From Acutalibacteraceae bacterium (GTDB lineage: Bacteria; Bacillota; Clostridia; Oscillospirales; Acutalibacteraceae): a DNA stretch of 64,000 nt. The notes under the pieces are model-generated. The model was not told the DNA's origin, did no database searches, and saw nothing but the letters and a program-made list of their open reading frames with translations. This document shows positions 27,065 to 36,180 of the stretch, in pieces (within the stretch, counting starts at the first letter, position 1; each line of letters opens with the position of its first letter). The translations under genes were made by a program, and so were the position numbers. The DNA lies in assembly GCA_045637775.1 (NCBI GenBank), contig JAZUAC010000062.1:2191-66190 (forward strand), written 5' to 3'.

Positions 27065-27609
27065 TGAAAAAAGCACGAAACATTATAATTGCAATTGTTT
27101 GCGTGATAATAGTGGGTATTTTGGGCTTTGCAGGGTATAATATTGCAATGAAATATATGTACCCTATAAAGTATCAGTCGCAGGTTGAGACATATGCGAA
27201 AGAGTTTAATATAGAAAAATCGCTTGTGTTTGCGATCATAAAATGCGAAAGCAATTTTAACAAAGATGCCAAGTCGGACGCAGGTGCTAAAGGTCTAATG
27301 CAATTGACTGAGGAGACATTTCGTGATGTAAGCAAAATGCTTGACGATGATCAGCAAGACCGCTATACTGAGCTTTGGAACGATGCCGATACCAATATAA
27401 AATACGGCACGCGATATTTAAGATATCTTTCTGATATGTTCGATGAGGATAAGACGGCTGTTCTTGCGGCTTATAATGCAGGACTGGGTAACGTCAAGCG
27501 TTGGATGGGTGAGGACAAAAAGCTTCAGCTTTCCGAAATTGAGTTCAAGGAAACCCGAGAGTATGTTGAAAAGGTGCTTGATGCACAAAAATATTATAAA
27601 AGTAAATAA
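27064..27609 (+). CDS. Lytic transglycosylase (SLT domain), membrane-anchored
   Basis: N-terminal TM helix. IIKCESNFNKDAKSDAGAKGLMQL carries the SLT catalytic Glu and the GLMQ motif, followed by AYNAG. Confidence 0.85.
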   Translation: MKKARNIIIAIVCVIIVGILGFAGYNIAMKYMYPIKYQSQVETYAKEFNIEKSLVFAIIKCESNFNKDAKSDAGAKGLMQLTEETFRDVSKMLDDDQQDRYTELWNDADTNIKYGTRYLRYLSDMFDEDKTAVLAAYNAGLGNVKRWMGEDKKLQLSEIEFKETREYVEKVLDAQKYYKSK

Positions 27610-27634
27610 ATACTTCTTATAAGGAGGATTCATT

Positions 27635-29026
27635 ATGACCGATATAAAAGATTTGAAGGAAAAGCTTTGCTATTCAAGAACCAACGGACTTAAAAAGGAC
27701 GATGTTGATTTTGAGGCGGTTGAAAGCTTTAACAAAGGCTATGCTGAGTTTTTGGGGTTTGGTAAGACCGAGCGCCTTTGCGTTAAAAAGGCTATCGAGA
27801 TTGCTGCCAGAAACGGGTTTTCGGAGTTTAGTGCCGATAAAAAATACAATGCTGGCGACAAGGTGTATGTAAACAATCACGGAAAGTCATTGATTATGGC
27901 GGTTATCGGTACCGAGCCTGTTGAAAATGGTGTTCGTATTGCGGCGGCTCATATCGATTCGCCCCGTCTTGATTTAAAACCCAACCCTCTTTACGAGGAG
28001 GCCGAAATGGCTCTTTTCAAGACCCATTACTACGGCGGAATCAAGAAATATCAGTGGACTACCGTACCTCTTGCTTTGCACGGTGTGTTCTGTAAAAAAG
28101 ACGGAACCACTGTTGAGGTGTGTATCGGTGAAAATGAAGATGAGCCGTGCTTTGTTGTGACCGACCTTTTGCCGCATTTGGCACAAGACCAGTACAAGCG
28201 TACTCCGGGCGACCTTATAAAGGGAGAGGAACTCAACATCCTTATCGGAAGCCGTCCTTTCAAGGCAGATGAAGGCAGTGAGCTTGTAAAACTCAACATT
28301 CTCAACATTTTGTTTGAGAAATACGGTGTAACAGAGGAGGATTTCCTTTCGGCCGAGTTGGAGTGTGTCCCCGCAGGGAAACCTCGTGATATTGGTTTTG
28401 ACCGTTCACTCATGGGCTCTTATGGACATGATGACCGCGTTTGTGCTTATCCTTGCCTTATGGCGGCAGTTTCGACCGAAAAACCCAAGCACACCGTTGT
28501 TTCGGTGCTTGCTGACAAAGAGGAAACCGGTTCTGACGGCAATACAGGTATGCAGTCTACCTTCCTTGAGTTCTTTATTGACGACCTTGCCGCAATGCAG
28601 GGTGGAAAGGGTAGCCATGCACTTCGTAACTCCAAGTGCTTGTCGGCCGATGTTAATGCCGCGTTTGACCCAACCTTCCCCGATGTTATGGAAAGAAGAA
28701 ATGCCGCATTTATCAACAACGGTGCGGTTATTACAAAGTATACAGGTTCTCGCGGTAAGGGTGGCACTTCGGATGCTTCGGCTGAGTTCATGGCATTTAT
28801 CCGCAAGATTTTAGATGATAGAAATGTCGTTTGGCAGACTGGTGAGCTTGGCAAGGTTGACCTTGGCGGCGGCGGTACTGTTGCAAAGTATATTGCAAAT
28901 TTGGGTGTCGATGTTGTTGACCTCGGTGTTCCCGTACTTTCGATGCACGCACCCTTTGAGGTTGTTTCCAAGCTTGATGTTTATATGACCTATTTGGCAG
29001 TAAAAGCACTTTTTGATGCTGAATAA
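27635..29026 (+). CDS. M18 family aminopeptidase
   Basis: 463 aa: AAHIDSPRLDLKP...GHDDRVCAY...ADKEETGS...SMHAP matches the M18 aspartyl-aminopeptidase-like metal ligand pattern. Confidence 0.85.
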   Translation: MTDIKDLKEKLCYSRTNGLKKDDVDFEAVESFNKGYAEFLGFGKTERLCVKKAIEIAARNGFSEFSADKKYNAGDKVYVNNHGKSLIMAVIGTEPVENGVRIAAAHIDSPRLDLKPNPLYEEAEMALFKTHYYGGIKKYQWTTVPLALHGVFCKKDGTTVEVCIGENEDEPCFVVTDLLPHLAQDQYKRTPGDLIKGEELNILIGSRPFKADEGSELVKLNILNILFEKYGVTEEDFLSAELECVPAGKPRDIGFDRSLMGSYGHDDRVCAYPCLMAAVSTEKPKHTVVSVLADKEETGSDGNTGMQSTFLEFFIDDLAAMQGGKGSHALRNSKCLSADVNAAFDPTFPDVMERRNAAFINNGAVITKYTGSRGKGGTSDASAEFMAFIRKILDDRNVVWQTGELGKVDLGGGGTVAKYIANLGVDVVDLGVPVLSMHAPFEVVSKLDVYMTYLAVKALFDAE

Positions 29027-29030
29027 GAAA

Positions 29031-29078
29031 AACAAGAAAATCGGATGCTTTCGCATCCGATTTTCTTGTTTTATTTTT
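29031..29078. terminator. Strong bidirectional intrinsic terminator
   Basis: AACAAGAAAATCGGATGC-tttc-GCATCCGATTTTCTTGTT, a perfect 18-bp stem followed by TTATTTTT. Confidence 0.85.
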
Positions 29079-29090
29079 GCTGTTCAAAAC

Positions 29091-29618
29091 TTAAAATTCG
29101 TTGTCGTAACCGGGTAATACAGTAATATCACCCGCATCTCCTGCGTAGTCGTTATAGTAGTCACTGACTGCTTCTTCCCAAGCATCCTGTGCGGTTTTGC
29201 TGCCAGTACCCTCTATATCAATGCCGAAATCGTCGCCAAAGTTGTCAAAATCTTCAGCGTCATCATTTTCTTTATCTTCTTTAACCGATGTATCAAGTCT
29301 TATGCCGAATTCTTTACTGATCTTTTTAACGTCATCAAGGAATTCCTCTGCATCGTCCTCGTCGTCTTCAATAAGGTCGTTGTAGATATCATTGAAATCG
29401 CTAGTGATCAATTCCGCAATATCCTGCATTGCAGACGTGGCGGCGTTTTCGTCTTGTTCCTCTACTGCCTCTTTGTACTCATCTTTCAAATCGTTCAACT
29501 CATCGAGGAATGCTTCTGCTTCTTCCTGAGGAGAAAGGTCTTCTTTGTCATCATCACCGCAAGCGGCAAATGCGAACAGCATAGTCAACGCCAATAAAAG
29601 AGCTAACAGTTTTTTCAT
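29091..29618 (-). CDS. Highly acidic lipoprotein, unknown function
   Basis: Start ATG 29618. MKKLLALLLALTMLFAFAAC lipobox, very D/E-rich. Paralog of the N-terminal half of 29805..30653. Confidence 0.7.
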   Translation of the reverse strand: MKKLLALLLALTMLFAFAACGDDDKEDLSPQEEAEAFLDELNDLKDEYKEAVEEQDENAATSAMQDIAELITSDFNDIYNDLIEDDEDDAEEFLDDVKKISKEFGIRLDTSVKEDKENDDAEDFDNFGDDFGIDIEGTGSKTAQDAWEEAVSDYYNDYAGDAGDITVLPGYDNEF

Positions 29619-29753
29619 AATATTATCCTCCCGCTGTATTAGAAAATACAACCCATACTATTTATCTGTGCTTTATGCAGCAGACTTATTTTTAGTATAA
29701 TTTGCGCTGTTGAAAAAGTCAAGGCAACAAAACAAATATATATGTGATTTTTT

Positions 29754-29791
29754 ATAAAAAAAGGAACCAGATGCATCGCATCCGATTCCTT
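29754..29791 (-). terminator. Intrinsic terminator (minus-strand specific)
   Basis: Minus RNA: AAGGAATCGGATGC-gat-GCATCTGGTTCCTT (two G-U pairs, so it forms only on this strand) followed by a T-run. The stem is related to the 29031 terminator. Confidence 0.65.
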
Positions 29792-29804
29792 GTAAAATTT
29801 AAAA

Positions 29805-30653
29805 TTATCTGTATTCTCTGGAATAAACTACAGAACCGTCAACATTCTGATATTCAACGATAACCGACTTTGCCGAAGGAACTTCTTGCTTGAGGGCTGT
29901 CAAAATGTCGTGGTAAAGAGAACCGCTTTGATCGAGAGAGTTTTTCAACTGGGTGCGTGCAGCAGACACATCACCTATATCTCTTAAGAAACGGCAAACA
30001 TAAACAAGAGAATCGCCGCGTGCAACTACCTGTAAGGACAAGCCCTGCTGTTTGTAAGAGTCAATGGTAGCGTCAAGCTGATCGCTGATTGAGTCTATAT
30101 AATCCTGAAGATCGTTGCTGCTGGGTCTGTTTACAGATACGGTAGGACCGTCATCCCACTGCTCAACTCTTGAGGAGTTGTTGGTTGAAGGAGGCAAAGT
30201 CTCAATAGCGTTTCCTTTGTTGTCCGCATCTTCATCATCGTCATAGGAAGCGCTGGTGGTTTCTTTGCGGTCGTCATCGTCATCATCGTCATCATCGTCA
30301 TCGCTGTTGGCTTTGATGGTGGTGTCGAGTTTGATATTGAGCTCTTTGCTGACCTTTTTAACATCATCAAGGAATTCCTCTGCATCGTCCTCGTCGTCTT
30401 CAATAAGGTCGTTATAGATATCGTTGAAATCATCATCGATCAATTCTTCAATATCGTCTTTTGCGGAATCCATAGCATCCTCGTCATCATCGCTCTCGGC
30501 TTCCTCGTACTCATCGAACAAGTCGTTAAGCTTGTCAAGGAATTCTTCTGCTCTGGATTTAGCTGATGCATCTTCTTTGTCACTGTCGTCACCGCAGGCG
30601 GCGAATGAGAACAACATAACCGCTGCCAATAAAAGTGCTAAAAGTTTTTTCAT
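29805..30653 (-). CDS. Highly acidic lipoprotein with poly-Asp tract, unknown function
   Basis: MKKLLALLLAAVMLFSFAAC lipobox, a run of 11 Asp, and an N-terminal ~110 aa paralogous to the neighbouring gene. Confidence 0.7.
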   Translation of the reverse strand: MKKLLALLLAAVMLFSFAACGDDSDKEDASAKSRAEEFLDKLNDLFDEYEEAESDDDEDAMDSAKDDIEELIDDDFNDIYNDLIEDDEDDAEEFLDDVKKVSKELNIKLDTTIKANSDDDDDDDDDDDRKETTSASYDDDEDADNKGNAIETLPPSTNNSSRVEQWDDGPTVSVNRPSSNDLQDYIDSISDQLDATIDSYKQQGLSLQVVARGDSLVYVCRFLRDIGDVSAARTQLKNSLDQSGSLYHDILTALKQEVPSAKSVIVEYQNVDGSVVYSREYR

Positions 30654-30787
30654 GGTAATACTCCTTTTGTTGTATCATTAATGATAACAATTAGTGTAAT
30701 TGATCATAATCAAATTATGATACTACTCACAAGTATATAACTATGAAATGGTTTTGTCAAGTTTTGAAAGGAAAATTGAAATAAAAG

Positions 30788-30816
30788 TTGACGAAATGTG
30801 GTATTATATGTAAAAT
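30788..30816 (+). promoter_or_regulatory. Putative sigma-A promoter TTGACG-17-TAAAAT
   Basis: -35 at 30788-30793, -10 at 30811-30816, 20 nt before fruK. Confidence 0.5.
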
Positions 30817-30835
30817 AGAATTAAGAGGTGAAAAT

Positions 30836-31726
30836 ATGGTCTATACGGTTACGCTTAATCCTGCACTCGATTACAGTATGCATGTAAATAATGTTTCGTT
30901 TGGACAAACCAACCGTTCCTGCGGTGAGAGTATCACATTTGGCGGAAAAGGGCTTAATGTGTCTTATGTTTTAGAGCAGTTGAATGTAGAGTCGATTGCG
31001 TTGGGATTTGTTGCGGGCTTTACGGGTGAGGAGTTGGTGCGTATCGTTAATGCCGTTGGCATAAAGACCGATTTCATCAGACTCGCAAGCGGAAACACCC
31101 GTATAAACGTTAAACTCAAAGGCGAAACCGAAACCGAGATAAACGCATCGGGTCCGAATGTCACTTTGACCGATATAGACCTGCTTTTTCAGAAACTCAA
31201 ATTACTGCAAGCAGGTGATACACTTGTGCTTTCGGGCAGTGTTCCACCTTCGGTAGGGAATGACATATACCTGAATATAATACAACGACTTGAAGGCAAG
31301 GGTGTGAAGGTTGCCGTTGACACTTCAGGTGATGCGTTGCTGAATGCGTTAACTTACAAGCCGTTTTTAATAAAGCCGAACGTTGCGGAATTAGAAGAAA
31401 CACTTAAAACAAAAATCCAAACTCAAGATGATATAATCAATGCGGCTAAAAAGTTGCAAACAATGGGCGCTGAGAATGTTCTTGTATCAAGAGGACCTTT
31501 GGGTGCGATACTTATAGATGATGAACAACGGGTTCATATTGCAACTGCACCTGAAATTGTGCCTAAAAACACAGTCGGTGCGGGTGATTCGATGCTGGCA
31601 GGCTTTATTGCCGGCGTCGACAAAGGATATGATTATGCTTTAAAGCTCGGTATTGCTTCGGGTAGTGCTACTGCTTCGTCAATGGTACTTGCAAAAAAGG
31701 AAGAAATAGTTGCGCTTTTAAAATAA
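30836..31726 (+). CDS. fruK: 1-phosphofructokinase (PfkB family; tagatose-6-P kinase not excluded)
   Basis: MVYTVTLNPALDYS..., GGKGLNVS, and the C-terminal TVGAGDSMLAGF PfkB signature. Start ATG 30836 after GAGGTG. Confidence 0.8.
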   Translation: MVYTVTLNPALDYSMHVNNVSFGQTNRSCGESITFGGKGLNVSYVLEQLNVESIALGFVAGFTGEELVRIVNAVGIKTDFIRLASGNTRINVKLKGETETEINASGPNVTLTDIDLLFQKLKLLQAGDTLVLSGSVPPSVGNDIYLNIIQRLEGKGVKVAVDTSGDALLNALTYKPFLIKPNVAELEETLKTKIQTQDDIINAAKKLQTMGAENVLVSRGPLGAILIDDEQRVHIATAPEIVPKNTVGAGDSMLAGFIAGVDKGYDYALKLGIASGSATASSMVLAKKEEIVALLK

Positions 31727-31742
31727 GATTGGGAGGTAGGAT

Positions 31743-33434
31743 ATGTTACAGGGAATCGGTGTTTCAAGCGGAATCGCTTTAGGCAATGTTGTGAAATTTG
31801 TTGAGCAACCGCTAAAGTTTGACAGTGTGACGGTACAATCCCACGAACTTGAAAAACAGCGATTTAAAGATGCTGTTGACGAGTTTTCAAAGCGCGTAGG
31901 CAGTTTGGCCGATGAAATGGATTCGACCGAGGCCGACGGTCAGATTCTTCGCGGCTATCTTGCCATGATAAACGACCCATATCTTACCGAAATTGTACTT
32001 AAAGAGCTTAACGGCGGTGCCAATGCCGAGACCGCTATTGCTAAGGCTTGTAACGATTTTATAAAGCTGTTTACTGATTCGACCGATGAGCTTGTTCGCC
32101 ACCGTGCCGCCGATATCGAAGACATAAAGCGTCAAATGCTAGAGATATTGTTGGATGTTAAAGCCACCGAACTAAAAGAAATGCCCCAAAATACGGTGCT
32201 TGTGACCCGTGAACTAACGCCTTCCATGATGGTGGGAATTGAAAATTCCGGAATTGTCGGAATTATAGCCGAAAAAGGCGGCAGAACCTCCCACTCGGCC
32301 ATAATTTCGCGGTCGCTTGGAATCCCAACGGTTTTAGGTGTTTGCGATGCATTTCAAAAGTTTAATGACGGTGATTCGATTGCGCTTGACGGTGAATCCG
32401 GTGAAATATATATATCGACCGAAACAGGATTTGACCGACTTCGCGCAAAGAAAAATACCTATAAACGCAACCGCGAGGAGCAGTATGCTGCGTTTTTTGG
32501 TAAACCGTCCAAAACCTGCGACGGGACAAAGGTCAAGCTTTTGGCTAATATAGATTCACCGCGTGATATTGAAGCGGCTTTGAAAAACGATGCTGAGGGC
32601 ATCGGGCTTTTCAGAACCGAAGGCTTTTTCCTTGACCGTGGTGTTTTGCCGACCGAGGAAGAACAAACTAAAGCCTACTCTGCCGTTGCCAAAGCAATGG
32701 GCGATAAAGAGGTGGTCATTAGAACGCTTGACGTGGGTGGCGACAAAAAACTACCTACTTTGAGCGCCCAATCCGAGGATAATCCGTTTTTAGGGCTTCG
32801 CGCAATACGTCACTCCATCAAGAATCAAGGCCTTTTCAGAACGCAGCTTCGTGCAATCCTCCGCGCTTCGGTTTGCGGCAACATAAGCATCATGATACCG
32901 CTTGTCACACGCGCTGACGAGATTATATATGTCAAGAGTCTTTTAAACCGATTGATGACCGAACTTGACCAAGAGGGTGTTGCCTATAATAAGGACATCA
33001 AGGTTGGTGTTATGGTTGAGACACCTGCCGCGGTTGCTGTTGCCGATATTCTTGCACAGTATGCCGACTTTTTCAGCATTGGCACCAATGACCTTATCGG
33101 TTACACCATGGCGGTCGACCGAGGTAATCCTAATGTAAGCTATCTTTATTCAGCTTATGAGCCTGCAGTGTTGAGGATGATAAAACTCACAGTTAAAATC
33201 GCCAAAGAAAACAATATTCCGTGTTCAATATGCGGCGAGTTGGCATCAAACGAAAGATTTTTGCCGTTACTTTTGTCGTTTGGACTTAAATCTTTCAGCA
33301 CAAATTCCGCAAATATCCTGAAAATCAGAGCCGAGCTTTCCGATCTTGATATCAAAGAATGTCACCGCATAACCGACGAGGTGATGCAGAGGCACCGTGC
33401 ACGCGAGGTTGAGCAAACCTTGGCAGAAAAGTGA
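31743..33434 (+). CDS. ptsI: Phosphoenolpyruvate-protein phosphotransferase (PTS enzyme I)
   Basis: 563 aa. GGRTSHSAIISRSLGIP carries the phospho-His motif; also GLFRTE and SIGTNDL. Confidence 0.93.
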   Translation: MLQGIGVSSGIALGNVVKFVEQPLKFDSVTVQSHELEKQRFKDAVDEFSKRVGSLADEMDSTEADGQILRGYLAMINDPYLTEIVLKELNGGANAETAIAKACNDFIKLFTDSTDELVRHRAADIEDIKRQMLEILLDVKATELKEMPQNTVLVTRELTPSMMVGIENSGIVGIIAEKGGRTSHSAIISRSLGIPTVLGVCDAFQKFNDGDSIALDGESGEIYISTETGFDRLRAKKNTYKRNREEQYAAFFGKPSKTCDGTKVKLLANIDSPRDIEAALKNDAEGIGLFRTEGFFLDRGVLPTEEEQTKAYSAVAKAMGDKEVVIRTLDVGGDKKLPTLSAQSEDNPFLGLRAIRHSIKNQGLFRTQLRAILRASVCGNISIMIPLVTRADEIIYVKSLLNRLMTELDQEGVAYNKDIKVGVMVETPAAVAVADILAQYADFFSIGTNDLIGYTMAVDRGNPNVSYLYSAYEPAVLRMIKLTVKIAKENNIPCSICGELASNERFLPLLLSFGLKSFSTNSANILKIRAELSDLDIKECHRITDEVMQRHRAREVEQTLAEK

Positions 33435-33440
33435 TAAAAC

Positions 33441-33482
33441 CACCCGATTTATGATTTAATATAAGTCGGGTGATTATTTTTT
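33441..33482 (+). terminator. Probable intrinsic terminator after ptsI
   Basis: CACCCGA-18 nt-TCGGGTG followed by ATTATTTTTT. Confidence 0.5.
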
Positions 33483-33494
33483 CACAGGAAGATG

Positions 33495-33523
33495 TTGACA
33501 AATCAACAAGTTTGTGGTATATT
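33495..33523 (+). promoter_or_regulatory. Sigma-A promoter TTGACA-17-TATATT of the marR-degV operon
   Basis: -35 at 33495-33500, -10 at 33518-33523. The spacer contains ATCAACAAG, one half-site of the downstream palindrome. Confidence 0.6.
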
Positions 33524-33527
33524 ATCG

Positions 33528-33547
33528 CTTGTTGATAAATCAACAAG
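33528..33547. promoter_or_regulatory. Perfect 9-2-9 palindrome; candidate MarR operator
   Basis: CTTGTTGAT-AA-ATCAACAAG lies between -10 and the RBS. The 15-mer AAATCAACAAGTTTG occurs twice (33500-33514 and 33537-33551). Confidence 0.55.
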
Positions 33548-33562
33548 TTTGGAGATGATGAA

Positions 33563-34015
33563 ATGCTTTCAAGATTTGAAAGGTTTAGTTATGCAATTTC
33601 GGAAATAAATCGTTATTGGCACAAAATTGCCGCCGACGAAATGGGCAAATACGGTCTTAAAGGTCCGTTTGCCTTGTATCTCACGGTGCTTTACCGCCAT
33701 AACGACGGTGTGACCTCGGTGAAATTGGGCGAGCTTTGCGATAAAAACAAGGCTGATGTTTCACGCGCTATTGCCACTTTGGAAGAAAAGGGACTTGTCA
33801 TGCGTGAAGGTAACAACAATAGCCTATACCGCGCCAGGGTAATGTTGACCAAGGAGGGTCGAAAGGCGGCAGAGCAGGTACAAAAGGCGGCTGTTCGTGC
33901 TGTTGAAATGGGCGGAAACGGTTTGAGCGACCAACATCGCGAGCTTTTTTACGAGGGGCTTGAGTTGGTTGCCGCGAATCTCAAGGTTTTAAGCGAAAAA
34001 GGTCTCGATAAATGA
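33563..34015 (+). CDS. MarR family transcriptional regulator
   Basis: 150 aa with a winged-HTH core: VTSVKLGELCDKNKADVSRAIATLEEKGLVMRE. Confidence 0.85.
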   Translation: MLSRFERFSYAISEINRYWHKIAADEMGKYGLKGPFALYLTVLYRHNDGVTSVKLGELCDKNKADVSRAIATLEEKGLVMREGNNNSLYRARVMLTKEGRKAAEQVQKAAVRAVEMGGNGLSDQHRELFYEGLELVAANLKVLSEKGLDK

Positions 34016-34025
34016 GGAGGTAAAA

Positions 34026-34874
34026 ATGGCAGTAAAGCTTGTAATAGATTCAACGGCAGATATTTTGCCTGAACTTAAAGAAAAGGTTGTGACGGTACCG
34101 TTAACCATTCGTTTTGGAGATATAGAATATATCGATGGTGTTACCATTGACCATCGTCAGTTTTATTCCAAACTTATAGAAAGCGATGTTATACCTACAA
34201 CCAGCCAGGCAACGCCCAACGATTTTATAGGTGTTTTTGAAAAGTTGGTAAACGGTGGCGATACTGTTGTTGCAATAACAGTGTCGCAAAAGCTTTCGGG
34301 TACATATCAAAGTGCCGTGATTGCGGCATCGCAGTTTGAGGGAAAGGTTTTTGTTGTCGATTCTCAAAGCATAGCCATTGGCGAGGCCATTCTTGCCGAA
34401 TTGGCCATGAGTTTTATAGAAGAAGGCAATCTTTCGGCAGAGCAAATAGCCAAAACACTTTGCCAAGAACGCGAGAATATACGCGTCATTGCGATGCTTG
34501 ATACACTTGAATACCTCAAAAAAGGCGGAAGAATCTCGAAAACGGTTGCCTTTGCGGGTGGACTTTTGTCCATCAAGCCGGTTATAAGCCTTGATGGTGG
34601 CGAGATAAAGATATTGGGTAAGGCACGCGGCTCAAAGCAGGGCAATAACCTGCTTGTTGAGGAAATAAACAAAGCGGGCGGAATAGATTTTTCAAAACCG
34701 TTGTTGCTGGGTTACACAGGTCTTTCAGATGTTTTGCTGACGAAGTATATAGAGGACAGCAAGCATTTGTGGGCCGATTACGGTTCAAAGCCAAAATACA
34801 CCTGCATAGGCAGTGTTGTGGGAACCCATGCAGGCCCGGGTGCCGTGGCTGCGGCATTCTTTAAAAAGGTTTAA
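34026..34874 (+). CDS. DegV family fatty-acid-binding protein
   Basis: VKLVIDSTADI...IPTTSQATPNDF...KLSGTYQSA...VGTHAGPGA is the canonical DegV pattern. Confidence 0.9.
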   Translation: MAVKLVIDSTADILPELKEKVVTVPLTIRFGDIEYIDGVTIDHRQFYSKLIESDVIPTTSQATPNDFIGVFEKLVNGGDTVVAITVSQKLSGTYQSAVIAASQFEGKVFVVDSQSIAIGEAILAELAMSFIEEGNLSAEQIAKTLCQERENIRVIAMLDTLEYLKKGGRISKTVAFAGGLLSIKPVISLDGGEIKILGKARGSKQGNNLLVEEINKAGGIDFSKPLLLGYTGLSDVLLTKYIEDSKHLWADYGSKPKYTCIGSVVGTHAGPGAVAAAFFKKV

Positions 34875-34879
34875 AACAA

Positions 34880-34905
34880 AAGCCAACGCAGAAATGCGTT
34901 GGCTT
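34880..34905. terminator. Bidirectional terminator hairpin
   Basis: AAGCCAACGCA-gaaa-TGCGTTGGCTT. Same stem sequence as the 3498 terminator. Confidence 0.7.
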
Positions 34906-34928
34906 TAATTCATATAAGTCGGTAGGTT

Positions 34929-35936
34929 TTATCTGTAGACGACTTCTCCAAAGATATAAATTTTATTATCGTCCATGTGTACGCATCCGGTGCAACCCTG
35001 AGAATAGCTGCTGAAATAGATTTCCTTGACGTGTCCCTCTTTATTAAGCTTGGACAGCTCTTCATGGATGGTAAAGGTGTAGTCGTCACCGTTTTTTTCG
35101 GTTTTAATGTAGCATACGGTGCCATCGTTCATAACTGCTGTGATAAGCTTCTCGAGATAAACCTCTTTAACATCATTTGCGGTGTATCCGCTGGGAAGGG
35201 TCAAGGTGCGGTTCTTGGTTCCAACCATGTAAAGTTTTGTTTCGTCAGCACCTTTGGTATAAATAGCACTGTCGGAATATACGTCGGTTCCCGATGCTAA
35301 AAGCTTGGTAGCGCCTTCAAGTTCATTAACAGAAATCTGGGGATTACGGTAGTTAAGGCTCTTTATTGCTCCAATGTAATACTTGCCGTTAATTTCAGCG
35401 GTCAAGGTTGCAACGCCGTCATCTTCGACAACTTTAACGTTTTTAGCAGAGGTGTGGTCGGTTTTTGTGTCTCTGTCGTAGAGAGATACAACCTTGTTGT
35501 CAAAATCTTTCTTCTTGCCGTTATTGTAGTAGGAGTTTGCGTAAATAGTTCCGTTATCTACCGACAAAACGGTGAGAGTTGACTGGTTCTTGAAATAATA
35601 GATGATTTCACCGTTGTAGTTGTTTACGGTAAAGCCCAAAATAGTACCGTCGTTTTCGGGAACGGTTGAATCTTCTTCGGTTTCTTCAACAACAGAGTTG
35701 AATTTAAGAGTTTTGGTTTCGTATTTGTGTCCTTCTGGCTCTTGGGACTCGGTTTCTTTAGAAGAGTTGTCGGTGGTTTCGTTGCCACCGCCCATTGCAC
35801 TGTTAATAACATCTGCAATTTCGCTATCGGTCATGTCCTCAATGTTTTTGGGCTTGTCTTCTCCGCAGGCGCATACGGATAAGGTGAGCAATAAAGCAAA
35901 TGCGAGTGTTAAGATTTTTGTGATGGTGTTTTTCAT
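34929..35936 (-). CDS. Lipoprotein, unknown function
   Basis: Start ATG 35936 (MKNTITKILTLAFALLLTLSVCAC lipobox). The rest is beta-rich with no motif I recognise. Confidence 0.65.
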   Translation of the reverse strand: MKNTITKILTLAFALLLTLSVCACGEDKPKNIEDMTDSEIADVINSAMGGGNETTDNSSKETESQEPEGHKYETKTLKFNSVVEETEEDSTVPENDGTILGFTVNNYNGEIIYYFKNQSTLTVLSVDNGTIYANSYYNNGKKKDFDNKVVSLYDRDTKTDHTSAKNVKVVEDDGVATLTAEINGKYYIGAIKSLNYRNPQISVNELEGATKLLASGTDVYSDSAIYTKGADETKLYMVGTKNRTLTLPSGYTANDVKEVYLEKLITAVMNDGTVCYIKTEKNGDDYTFTIHEELSKLNKEGHVKEIYFSSYSQGCTGCVHMDDNKIYIFGEVVYR

Positions 35937-36129
35937 TGTTAATACTTCCTTTTTTGATTTTAATTTTGTTGCCTTTTGTGGCTTCTGATTACAAGGGGGA
36001 ATCAAAAACAAGATCGGTTTTAAAATTTTGAAAATTTTTTTAAATTTTTTGAAGCCATTCAATAGAATAACTTTTTACAACGAATAAATCAAGAGTTTTG
36101 TAATCGATTGTTTAACGAAAGGTCTTTTG

Positions 36130-36158
36130 TTGACAAGTGTTTTAAAATATGGTATTCT
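36130..36158 (+). promoter_or_regulatory. Sigma-A promoter TTGACA-17-TATTCT with TGG extended -10
   Basis: -35 at 36130-36135, TGGTATTCT at 36150-36158, upstream of the ABC cassette. Confidence 0.6.
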
Positions 36159-36180
36159 AAAAGATGAAACATAGGATAAG

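Noticed and set aside
30251-30300. Poly-Asp coding tract as a simple-sequence repeat or assembly artefact
   Set aside because: The codons alternate irregularly between GAT and GAC, so this is not a pure trinucleotide microsatellite. It lies in frame within an already very acidic protein.
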